This document shows, in pieces, positions 40,569-48,746 of a DNA stretch of 64,000 nucleotides. Source of the stretch: Anaerovoracaceae bacterium (GTDB taxonomy: Bacteria; Actinomycetota; Coriobacteriia; Coriobacteriales; Eggerthellaceae); contig CAVCPR010000003.1 in the NCBI GenBank assembly GCA_963604235.1, positions 2,972-66,971 of the forward strand, read 5' to 3'. The notes beneath the pieces are model-generated. The model worked only from the letters and a program-made list of their open reading frames with translations, did no database searches and was not told where the DNA came from. The position numbers and the translations under genes are program-made. The number at the start of each line of letters is the position of its first letter. Position 1 is the stretch's first letter.

Positions 40569-41765
40569 ATGAATCCGAACGCCAAGATCACCGACGAGCA
40601 GTTTGAGGCTTACCTCAAGCAGGTTCGCGAACTGGTCGAAGGTCCTTTCGAGGAGATCCAGAAGGAAGTTGAGGTGACCAACACCTTCCCGCAGGAGTTC
40701 TACGATCTGGCCATCAAGAACGATCTGTATCGTTTCTACATGCCCTCTCAGTACGGTGGATGGGACCTGAACGAGCTCGAGATCCTGCGTGTGCAGGAAG
40801 AGTTCTCCCGTGGCCCGGGCGGCATGCGTATGCACCTGCATCACGCCGCTGACATGAACTGGCGTATCCTTGATGACTACGGTAAACCGGAGCTCAAGGA
40901 AAAGTACATGGACAAGTTCCAGGACAAGACCATCTACTGCAACTTCGCCATCACCGAGAAGACCGGCGGCACCGGTGCTGACCTGCACACCACCGCCATC
41001 AAGCAGCCGAATGGTCACTACCTGCTGAACGGCGAGAAGTGGCTCATCTCCCACACCGACTGCTCTGACTTCACCTACGTCATCGCTGTGACCGACCCCG
41101 AGTCCGACAAGGATTCCCGTCTGTCCGCCTTCTTCGTGCCGAACGACGCTCCGGGCTTCGAGATCATCGAGATGTCCCACATGATGGGCTGCCGCGGTGC
41201 TGGCCATGCTGGCCTGAAGTTCACCAACGTGGACCTCGACCCGATCTACCTGCTCGGCGAAGAGGGCCAGGGCATGGAGGTTGCTATCCACTCCCTGTCC
41301 GTCTCCCGCGTGCACATCGCCATGTCCAACCTGGGCATGTCTCAGCGCATGCTCGAGCTGTCCCTGAAGCGTGCTAACCAGCGCGTCACCTTCGGCAAGC
41401 CGATCGCTTCCCGTCAGATGATCAAGCAGAAGATCGCTGAGATGCAGAAGATGATCCACGTGCTGCGTTGCGCCATCTACGACTTCGCTCGTGACTACGA
41501 CCTGGATCCGAAGAACGAGTACATCACCGAGAAGGCTGCTATCTGCAAGCTGTTCTCCATCGACACCGTCAAGCTGGTGTCCGACGAGATGCTCGAGATC
41601 TTCGGTGGCGACGGCTACTTCGAGGACGAGCCGCTGGGCCCGACCGAGCGTCTGTACCGCGACTGCCGCGCTATGTGGCTCGAGGAAGGCGCTCCCTGCG
41701 TGCAGCGCATCACCATTGCTCGCGAGTGCCAGAACCACGAGGGCGTTGTCAAGTACAACTTCTAA
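40569..41765 (+). CDS. Acyl-CoA dehydrogenase family protein (paralog 3)
   Basis: 398 aa counted from ATG 40569 (GAGGAGG RBS). Motifs are AITEKTGGTGADL and a C-terminal WLEEGAPCVQRI, so a Glu sits at the canonical base position. Very biased codon usage (almost only CGT, CTG, TCC, AAG). Confidence 0.88.
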   Translation: MNPNAKITDEQFEAYLKQVRELVEGPFEEIQKEVEVTNTFPQEFYDLAIKNDLYRFYMPSQYGGWDLNELEILRVQEEFSRGPGGMRMHLHHAADMNWRILDDYGKPELKEKYMDKFQDKTIYCNFAITEKTGGTGADLHTTAIKQPNGHYLLNGEKWLISHTDCSDFTYVIAVTDPESDKDSRLSAFFVPNDAPGFEIIEMSHMMGCRGAGHAGLKFTNVDLDPIYLLGEEGQGMEVAIHSLSVSRVHIAMSNLGMSQRMLELSLKRANQRVTFGKPIASRQMIKQKIAEMQKMIHVLRCAIYDFARDYDLDPKNEYITEKAAICKLFSIDTVKLVSDEMLEIFGGDGYFEDEPLGPTERLYRDCRAMWLEEGAPCVQRITIARECQNHEGVVKYNF

Positions 41766-41819
41766 GTCGTACTTGCTTGCGAATCTGCGCTTAACGGCGT
41801 AAGCATTCAAAGCGTCGAA

Positions 41820-41852
41820 GGAGCCAATCTTTACGATTGGCTCCTTTTTTTA
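41820..41852 (+). terminator. Intrinsic terminator after acd3
   Basis: GGAGCCAATC-TTTAC-GATTGGCTCC followed by TTTTTTT. Confidence 0.85.
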
Positions 41853-41934
41853 TTTGCACAAACCATGATGAAACCGCTACACTGTTTTGTTAGCGTTCCC
41901 TGCGTTTCGGGTATTACTTATCGTGGAGGTGTGC

Positions 41935-42918
41935 ATGAATCTGCCGCAGTTGTACTATTTCAAAAAACTTGCTGAAGTACAGCACTACACGAAGGCAGCA
42001 AAAGAGCTCTACATCACCCAGCCGACGCTATCCAATTCCATTTCACAGCTCGAGCGCGAACTGGAAATTCCCCTGTTCGAACGCGAAAACCGTAACGTGA
42101 AGCTCACCCGCTACGGGCGAGAGTTCTACCAGTACATCACCGAGGCGCTCAATGCGCTCGACAAGGGCATCGACATAGCCCATGAGCACGCCGGATCGCT
42201 TTCCGGCAGCATCGAGATCGGCACCATCTACACCATTCAGGGAGATTACCTGCCGGCACTGATGTCGGCGTATCGCGCCGAATACGGCACGAGCATCACC
42301 ACGAACATCTACCAAGGCCTGACGCTGCCGCTCATCGAGGATCTCGAGAAGGACCGCTACGAGATCGTGTTCGCAGCCGAAGTGAAGGGCAAGAGCGAAC
42401 TAACTTTCGTGCCCGTGTTCTGTCAGCAGCTTGTGGCCATCATGTCGAACGAACATCCGCTCGCGCAGAAGGCTGAACTCACTTTCGAGGACCTGCAATC
42501 GGTCAATCGCCTCTACTCCTACCCGCCCGAGACGCCTATCGGCTCAGAGGTGCAGGCGACGCTGAAACCCGAGGGCATGACGACCGTCGCCCCGTTCTAC
42601 AACGACGAGATCACCCTCGCAAGCATGGTGGAATCCGACCGCACGTCGGTAGGTCTGGCGCTGAACACTATCGGCCTGCTCCCCTTCAAGGACAAAATCG
42701 TCAGCAAGCGCGTGCGCGGCATCAAGGATGACTTTCACCCCATCTGCATGGTTTATAAAACGAGCGCCTTCAAATCGCGCGCCTTGGAGAATTTCATCTC
42801 CTTCGCGAAAACGTTCACCTGGAACAAGTCGCCACGTCACGAAGACACGCCAACCGGCGATGACGCCAAGGAGTCGGACCCACGAAGCAACGCTAAGCAC
42901 TCCCCTTGCGTAGCGTAA
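41935..42918 (+). CDS. LysR-family transcriptional regulator
   Basis: 327 aa counted from ATG 41935. It has the classic LysR HTH (MNLPQLYYFKKLAEVQHYTKAAKELYITQPTLSNSISQLERELEIPLFER) and a C-terminal substrate-binding domain. GC content is visibly lower than in neighbouring genes. Confidence 0.88.
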   Translation: MNLPQLYYFKKLAEVQHYTKAAKELYITQPTLSNSISQLERELEIPLFERENRNVKLTRYGREFYQYITEALNALDKGIDIAHEHAGSLSGSIEIGTIYTIQGDYLPALMSAYRAEYGTSITTNIYQGLTLPLIEDLEKDRYEIVFAAEVKGKSELTFVPVFCQQLVAIMSNEHPLAQKAELTFEDLQSVNRLYSYPPETPIGSEVQATLKPEGMTTVAPFYNDEITLASMVESDRTSVGLALNTIGLLPFKDKIVSKRVRGIKDDFHPICMVYKTSAFKSRALENFISFAKTFTWNKSPRHEDTPTGDDAKESDPRSNAKHSPCVA

Positions 42919-42985
42919 AAGCAACCTTACCATCATTCGCGAAACCAACTAATCTCCGCTTCGATGATTGAAACGGACAATACCT

Positions 42986-43010
42986 AAACGGCCCTCAAAC
43001 GGGCCGTTTT
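42986..43010 (+). terminator. Intrinsic terminator after lysR
   Basis: AAACGGCCC-TCAAAC-GGGCCGTTT followed by T. Confidence 0.6.
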
Positions 43011-43075
43011 GCATAGACATTCATTGTTCAGAGGATGAAAATAAAGCATATCCGTTTTCGTGATTGGAGCATGCA

Positions 43076-43951
43076 ATGGCAGACATGAAGGAACTCCCCA
43101 ACATCACCGGCCACACCGAGCTCGTCGGTTTGGTGGCCACTCCCATCAGGCATTCGCTGTCCCCCGCAATGCATACCGCATCGTTTGCGCACATGGGCGA
43201 GGACATCGTCTACCTGTGCTTCGACGTTGCCCCCGAGCAGCTCGAAGCCGCCTGCGAAGGCATGCGCGCGATGGGCTTTTTGGGCTACAACGTCTCCATG
43301 CCGAATAAAACCATCATCCACAAGTACCTTGACGAGCTGACGCCGGCCGCTGAGCTCATGGGCGCCGTCAACTGCGTCGACCTGCATACCGGCAAAGCCG
43401 TCGGTCACAACACCGACGGTGCGGGCTTCTGGCGCAACGTCACGGAGCACGGCATCGACCCGAAGGGCAAGAAGATCACGCTCGCCGGCGCCGGCGGCGC
43501 GGGTTCGGCAATCTTCACCCAGGCGGCGCTTGACGGCGTTGCCGAGATCGACGTGTTCAACATCAAGGACGACTTCTTCGGTGCCGCCGAGGAGCGTTGT
43601 CGCGTGCTCTCCGAGCGCACGGGCGCGAAAGTGACCATGCATGACCTCGCAGACGCCGCAGACCTCGCTAAGAGCGTCAACGAGTCCTTCATGTTCATCA
43701 ACGCCTCCCGCGTGGGCATGAAGCCCGACGAGGACGGCAACCTGCTTCCCGAGGAGCTCATGCGTCCCGATTTGGTCGTCGCCGACACGGTCTACAACCC
43801 GCTTGAAACCAAGATGATCACGCTAGCGAAGGAGCACGGCTGCACCGTCGTGCCGGGCCTGGGCATGATGATGTGGCAGGCCGCCATCGGCGAGGAGATC
43901 TGGACCGGCAAGCAGATGGACATCCCCTACATCGAGAGCCTGTTCTTCTAA
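43076..43951 (+). CDS. Quinate/shikimate dehydrogenase, YdiB-type (NAD-preferring signature)
   Basis: 291 aa counted from ATG 43076 (GGAG RBS). Motifs are LVGLVATPIRHSLSPAMH, VSMPNKTIIHKYLDELTPAAELMGAVN and GHNTDGAGF. The nucleotide motif GAGGAGSAI is followed by VFNIKDDFF. E. coli YdiB has LFNRRDEFF at this position and biosynthetic AroE has TNRT. Confidence 0.82.
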   Translation: MADMKELPNITGHTELVGLVATPIRHSLSPAMHTASFAHMGEDIVYLCFDVAPEQLEAACEGMRAMGFLGYNVSMPNKTIIHKYLDELTPAAELMGAVNCVDLHTGKAVGHNTDGAGFWRNVTEHGIDPKGKKITLAGAGGAGSAIFTQAALDGVAEIDVFNIKDDFFGAAEERCRVLSERTGAKVTMHDLADAADLAKSVNESFMFINASRVGMKPDEDGNLLPEELMRPDLVVADTVYNPLETKMITLAKEHGCTVVPGLGMMMWQAAIGEEIWTGKQMDIPYIESLFF

Positions 43952-43979
43952 GACTCACTCGGCTTTACCGGAACCAATT

Positions 43980-44017
43980 GCACGAAGGCCCCCTGCAGAC
44001 GCAGGGGGCCTTCGTGC
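43980..44017 (+). terminator. 17-bp hairpin after the dehydrogenase gene
   Basis: GCACGAAGGCCCCCTGC-AGAC-GCAGGGGGCCTTCGTGC followed by GTT. Confidence 0.6.
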
Positions 44018-44049
44018 GTTCGTCCTGCAGGGATATGGTCACAGGATAC

Positions 44050-44083
44050 AAAAAACGCCCGGGACGATTCCGTCCCGGGCGTT
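44050..44083 (-). terminator. Intrinsic terminator after leuA
   Basis: The minus strand reads AACGCCCGGGACG-GAAT-CGTCCCGGGCGTT followed by TTTTT. Confidence 0.75.
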
Positions 44084-44112
44084 ACAGCGCTGTATAAGCG
44101 TTCAGGCGAACC

Positions 44113-45645
44113 CTACTTGCGGTGAGCCGCCTTGTCGTTCAGAAGGCGGTTCAGGGCGTTCACGTAGGCCTTCGTGGAAGAGACCACGATGTCGCCGTCG
44201 GCGCCGCGGCCGGTGTACACCTCGCCGTCGGGGGCCTTCAGGCGGATGGTCACCTCGCCGAGGGCGGCGATGCCCCGCGTGACGGACTGCACCGCATACT
44301 CAGTCAGGTCATTGTCTACCTGCACGATCTTGTCAACCGCCTTGCACATGGCGTCGACCGGGCCGGTGCCGTACTCGCACGCGGTGACGACCTGGTCGGC
44401 AGCGGTACGCAGCGTGACGGTGGCCGTGGGCTTGAGCGGGAAGCCGCAGGACACCTGCACCGACTCGAGCGTGTAGAGCGCCGTCTCGTGGCGCTGGCTC
44501 TCATGCATGAGCGACTCGAGGTCCTCGTCGAACACTTCCTTCTTCTTGTCGGCAAGATCGAGGAAGGCGTCGTACATCTCGTCGAGCTTTTCCTTGCTAA
44601 GCTCGTAACCGAGTTCCTCGAGGCGATGCTTGAGGGCGGCATGTCCGCTGCGGGCGGTGAGCACGATCTGGGACTGGCCGGCGCCGACCTCGGCCGGGTC
44701 GATGATCTCGTAGGTGTCGCGCTTCTTCAGCACGCCGTCCTGGTGGATGCCGGAGGAGTGGGCGAAGGCGTTCGCGCCGACGATGGCCTTGTTCACCTGG
44801 ACGTTGATGCCGGTGATGGACGACACGAGGCGGCTTGCCTTGATGAACTCGCGGGTGTTGACGTCGGTGTGCGCGTCAAGCTCTTCCCCGTGCATCTTGA
44901 TGCCCATGACGACTTCTTCCATGGCGGTATTGCCCGCGCGCTCGCCGAGGCCGTTGATGGTGCACTCGACCTGCGTGGCGCCGTTCGCGACGCCGGCGAG
45001 GGACAGCGCGGTGGCCATGCCGAGGTCATTGTGGCAGTGGACGGAGACCGTGGCGTTTTCAATGCCGCGGACGTTCTCCATGAGGTACCTGATGCGACGG
45101 CCGAACTCGTCGGGGAGGCTGTAGCCGGTGGTGTCGGGGATGTTCACGACGGTGGCGCCGGCCTCGATGACGGCCTGAATGACCTTGGCGAGGAAGGCGT
45201 AGTCGGCACGGCCCGCGTCCTCGGCGTAGAACTGGACGTCCTCGACGTAGGACTTGGCATGCTTGACGGCCGCGACGGCGCGCTCGATGCACTGATCCTC
45301 GCTGATGCGCAGCTTGTCATGCATGTGCGAGGGGGAAACGCCGATGCCGGTGTGAATGCGCGGGCGCTTGGCGTACTTGAGCGCCTCGGCGGCACGGTCG
45401 ATGTCCTTCGCGACGGCACGCGTGAGGCCGACGACGGTGGCATCGTCGCCAGCAAGCTCGGCAATGCGACGAACGCTCTCGAAGTCGCCCGGCGAGGAAA
45501 TGGGGAAACCGGCTTCGATGACGTCGACGTTAAGGCGTAGCAGCTGACGCGCGACAACGAGCTTCTCCTCAGTGTTCATGGATGCGCCCGGCGACTGCTC
45601 GCCGTCGCGCAGCGTCGTGTCGAAAATTGCGATCTTGCGCGTCAT
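44113..45645 (-). CDS. leuA: 2-isopropylmalate synthase
   Basis: 511 aa counted from ATG 45645 ([31 protein letters not shown]). The HxH motif [12 protein letters not shown] is present, with a C-terminal LeuA regulatory domain. Confidence 0.93.
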   Translation of the reverse strand: MTRKIAIFDTTLRDGEQSPGASMNTEEKLVVARQLLRLNVDVIEAGFPISSPGDFESVRRIAELAGDDATVVGLTRAVAKDIDRAAEALKYAKRPRIHTGIGVSPSHMHDKLRISEDQCIERAVAAVKHAKSYVEDVQFYAEDAGRADYAFLAKVIQAVIEAGATVVNIPDTTGYSLPDEFGRRIRYLMENVRGIENATVSVHCHNDLGMATALSLAGVANGATQVECTINGLGERAGNTAMEEVVMGIKMHGEELDAHTDVNTREFIKASRLVSSITGINVQVNKAIVGANAFAHSSGIHQDGVLKKRDTYEIIDPAEVGAGQSQIVLTARSGHAALKHRLEELGYELSKEKLDEMYDAFLDLADKKKEVFDEDLESLMHESQRHETALYTLESVQVSCGFPLKPTATVTLRTAADQVVTACEYGTGPVDAMCKAVDKIVQVDNDLTEYAVQSVTRGIAALGEVTIRLKAPDGEVYTGRGADGDIVVSSTKAYVNALNRLLNDKAAHRK

Positions 45646-45850
45646 TTCAGGTCCTTTCATTTTCGTTTGCAACCTAGTCGCATATTCTAGTACAGCAAGC
45701 GTGGATATGCCCGCGAAATGCAGGTGTTTTTGCCGGTTGCACACCGGCAATCCGTTCCACTCGCACCGCCTGCCGAAAAACCCTTGGATACGATGAGGGG
45801 CGCCGTCTCAAACAGACGGCGCCCCTCGCTTAATGCATATGGATTTCAAG

Positions 45851-47431
45851 CTACAGCTTCACGTGCCAGAGATTCTTCAGGTCGTCGAGCTGCTCGCGCA
45901 AATCGTCGAGCACCGAGGCCTCGAGGTCGCCTTCGACGTTCATGTAGACGATCGCCTGCTGCTCGGCAGGGTTGTTCACGATCTGCATCGTGGTGATGTT
46001 GATACCGGCGGCGCCGAGGATGGAGCCGATGGTGCCGACGCGGCCCGGGCGGTCGACGTATTCGAAGATGAGCGCCTGCGGGCCGGGGGCGATATCGACC
46101 TTGTAGCCGAGCAGGTTGATGAGACGCACGTGCTGATCCTCGCCCGAAAGCGTGCAGGCGATTTCCAAGCCATCGGCCACCACGGACACCGACGAAGCGT
46201 AGGCGCCGGCGGAGGCATGCGCACCGGTGTCGACGCGGATGCCGTGGCGGCGCGCGACGGCCTCGGCGTTGACGGGCGTGACGGTGGCGAGGTTCTTATA
46301 GGACAGCAGCCCCTGCATGACGCCGGCCACGAGGATGGTCGGGTCGGCGGGAGCGGCCTTGCCGGCGGCGGTGAGAGACAAGCGCGTGGGCACTTCCCCA
46401 CCGAGCTGCGCGAGCATGCTGCCCATCATCTGGCAAGCGGGAACGTACGGTCCCACGGCGTCCATGACGTCGGGCGGCACCGGAGCCATGTTCAAGGCCG
46501 TGGGCACGATGGAGCCCTCAAGGCCGGCCGAGACGTACTCGGCGATCTGAATACCCGCGCGCGCCTGCGCCTCTTTGGTGTAGGCGCCGAGGTGCGGCGT
46601 GAGGATGGCGTTGGAAAATTCGTGCAACGGGCTTTCCGTGCAGGGCTCCTCCTCGAACACGTCGATGCCCACGGCCGCAATCTTTCCGGCAGCGACGAAG
46701 TCGGCGAGGGAATCGAGGTTGTAGATGCCGCCGCGCGCCGCGTTGACCAGGATGACGCCGTCTTTCATGGCGGCGAATTCGTCGGGGCCGAACATGCCGA
46801 TGGTCTCGGCGGTCTTCGGCAGATGCACGGTGATGAAGTCCGCCACCGGCAGGATATCCTCGAGGCGGTCATAGAGCGCCACGCCGAGCTGATCGGCGCG
46901 CTCAGGGCTGCAGTAGGGGTCGTAGCCCACCAGATGCATACCGAACGCGCGGGCGCGCTCGGCCACGAGTCCGCCGATGCGCCCGAGGCCGAAGATGGCC
47001 AGCGTCTTCTCGTAGAGCTCGGAGCCGCAGAACTTGCCGCGCGACCATTCGCCGGCATGCATGCTGGCGTTGGCTTGGCAGGTATTGCGGGCGCAGGAAA
47101 GCATCAGGCACAGCGTCTGCTCGGCCGCCGAGACGATGTTTGAGGTGGGGGCGTTGCAGACGATGATGCCGGCCTCGGTGGCGGCATCCACATCGACGTT
47201 GTCGACGCCCACGCCCGCGCGCCCGATGATGCGCAGCTTCTTGCCGGCTGCGATGACGTCGGCGGTCACATGCGTGGCCGAGCGGACGATGAGCGCATCG
47301 TAGGAGCCGATGGCCTCCAGAAGCTCTTCAGGCGACAGCTTCAGCTTGACATCGACTTCCAAGCCCTTCTGACGCAAGCGCTCGATGCCCGCCTCGGCGA
47401 GCTTTTCAGTGACGAGAACCTTTTTCGGCAT
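45851..47431 (-). CDS. serA: D-3-phosphoglycerate dehydrogenase (long form with ASB/ACT domains)
   Basis: 526 aa with the 2-hydroxyacid dehydrogenase NAD fold (LAIFGLGRIGGLVA) and a C-terminal ACT-like domain. Confidence 0.9.
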   Translation of the reverse strand: MPKKVLVTEKLAEAGIERLRQKGLEVDVKLKLSPEELLEAIGSYDALIVRSATHVTADVIAAGKKLRIIGRAGVGVDNVDVDAATEAGIIVCNAPTSNIVSAAEQTLCLMLSCARNTCQANASMHAGEWSRGKFCGSELYEKTLAIFGLGRIGGLVAERARAFGMHLVGYDPYCSPERADQLGVALYDRLEDILPVADFITVHLPKTAETIGMFGPDEFAAMKDGVILVNAARGGIYNLDSLADFVAAGKIAAVGIDVFEEEPCTESPLHEFSNAILTPHLGAYTKEAQARAGIQIAEYVSAGLEGSIVPTALNMAPVPPDVMDAVGPYVPACQMMGSMLAQLGGEVPTRLSLTAAGKAAPADPTILVAGVMQGLLSYKNLATVTPVNAEAVARRHGIRVDTGAHASAGAYASSVSVVADGLEIACTLSGEDQHVRLINLLGYKVDIAPGPQALIFEYVDRPGRVGTIGSILGAAGINITTMQIVNNPAEQQAIVYMNVEGDLEASVLDDLREQLDDLKNLWHVKL

Positions 47432-47478
47432 ACCGCTCTACCACCCTTCGTGATTTCCGTAGATGCACCCATGATACG

Positions 47479-47510
47479 AAAAAACCTGCCGCGCGGGAAC
47501 GCGACAGGTT
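47479..47510 (-). terminator. Intrinsic terminator between ilvC and serA
   Basis: The minus strand reads AACCTGTCGCG-TTCCCG-CGCGGCAGGTT (one G-U pair) followed by TTTTTT. Confidence 0.7.
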
Positions 47511-47544
47511 AATTCTCGGAGAACGGACGAACTCGCCCGCCCTC

Positions 47545-47570
47545 CCTGCCTGCGCACGTGCGCAGGCAGG
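47545..47570. repeat. Perfect 26-bp palindrome CCTGCCTGCGCACGTGCGCAGGCAGG
   Basis: An exact self-complementary 26-mer with a CACGTG core, 30 nt after the ilvC stop and upstream of the T-tract terminator. Confidence 0.9.
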
Positions 47571-47599
47571 TATGTGTTGAAGTGATCAGAGGCTCTGAA

Positions 47600-48592
47600 C
47601 TACTTCGTCCAGGAGAACATGGAGCGGATGCGCTCGCCGGTGGTCTCGATCTCGTGGGAGTTGATGGCCTCACGCTGCTCGAGGAGCCACTTGTGGTCGT
47701 TGTTGCAGTCCGCAACGAACTCGCGGGCGAAGTCGCCGTTCTGGATGCGCTTGAGGATTTCCTTCATGGCCTCGCGCGACTGCTCGTTGATGACCTTCGG
47801 GCCGGCGTAGTACTCGCCGTACTCGGCGGTGTTGGAGATGGAGTAGTTCATGAAGTGGATGCCGCGCTCGTACATGAGGTCGACGATCATCTTCATCTCG
47901 TGATAGCACTCGAAGTACGCCAGCTCCGCCGGGTAGCCCGCCTCGGTCAGCGTCTCGAAGCCGGCCTTCACCAGCTCGACGAGGCCGCCGCACAAAACCG
48001 CCTGCTCACCGAAGAGGTCCTCTTCGGTTTCCTGGGCGAACGTCGCCTTGATGATGCCGGAGCGGGCACCGCCGACACCCCAGCAGTAAGACAGCGCGAT
48101 GTCCCAGGCGTTGCCCGTGGCGTCCTGGGCGACGCAAGCCAGATCCGGCACGCCGGAGCCCTCGGTGTACTGACGGCGCACGATGTGGCCGGGGCCCTTC
48201 GGGGCGCACATGATGACGTTGACGCCCTCGGGAGCCTTGATGTAGCCGTAGTGGATGTTGAAGCCGTGGGCGAAGGCGAGCGTGTTGCCGGGCTTGAGGT
48301 GGGCGGCCACGTGCTCCTCGTAGATCTTGGGCTGGATCTCGTCGGGAACGAGGATCATGATGAGGTCGGCCTCTTCGGCAGCCTCGTCCATGGTGGTGAC
48401 CTTCAGGCCGGCTTCCTCGGCCTTAGCCCAGCTCGAAGAACCCTCGCGAAGGCCGACGCGCACGTCGACGCCGGAGTCCATGAGGTTGAGCGCATGGGCA
48501 TGGCCCTGCGAGCCGTAGCCGATGACGGCAACCTTCATGCCCTGGATGATCTTCGGATCGACGTCGTTTTCGTAATAGATCGTAACAGCCAT
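47600..48592 (-). CDS. ilvC: Ketol-acid reductoisomerase (class I)
   Basis: 330 aa counted from ATG 48592 ([48 protein letters not shown]). Confidence 0.95.
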   Translation of the reverse strand: MAVTIYYENDVDPKIIQGMKVAVIGYGSQGHAHALNLMDSGVDVRVGLREGSSSWAKAEEAGLKVTTMDEAAEEADLIMILVPDEIQPKIYEEHVAAHLKPGNTLAFAHGFNIHYGYIKAPEGVNVIMCAPKGPGHIVRRQYTEGSGVPDLACVAQDATGNAWDIALSYCWGVGGARSGIIKATFAQETEEDLFGEQAVLCGGLVELVKAGFETLTEAGYPAELAYFECYHEMKMIVDLMYERGIHFMNYSISNTAEYGEYYAGPKVINEQSREAMKEILKRIQNGDFAREFVADCNNDHKWLLEQREAINSHEIETTGERIRSMFSWTK

Positions 48593-48746
48593 GGTGATGA
48601 TGTCCTTTCTTCGTTGGCTGACTTTCCTAGTGTTTTGGCAAGCGGGCAGGCCGCTTGGCTGCATGGTAGCGCGCTCCTAGGGCGTTGACCAGCACCGCAG
48701 GCGGTGCAACCACAAAAGCACGCGATGGGTGGCCACGACGTCTCCT

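Noticed and set aside
27293-42918. Annotating the locus as a carnitine (caiTABCDE/fixABCX) operon or as a bile-acid-inducible (bai) operon.
   Set aside because: The cai assignment fails because there is no CaiD-type crotonase, no CaiT/BCCT antiporter and no adjacent CaiE. The bai assignment fails because the BaiCD/BaiH flavoenzymes, BaiE dehydratase and BaiA dehydrogenase are absent. Only generic components are shared: ligase, family-III transferase, MFS, ACAD and ETF.
26751-43951. Treating the accessory block as a mobile genomic island.
   Set aside because: I saw no integrase, transposase, flanking tRNA or flanking direct repeats. Much of the block has the same strongly biased codon usage as core genes. 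An accessory status can only be tested by comparative genomics.
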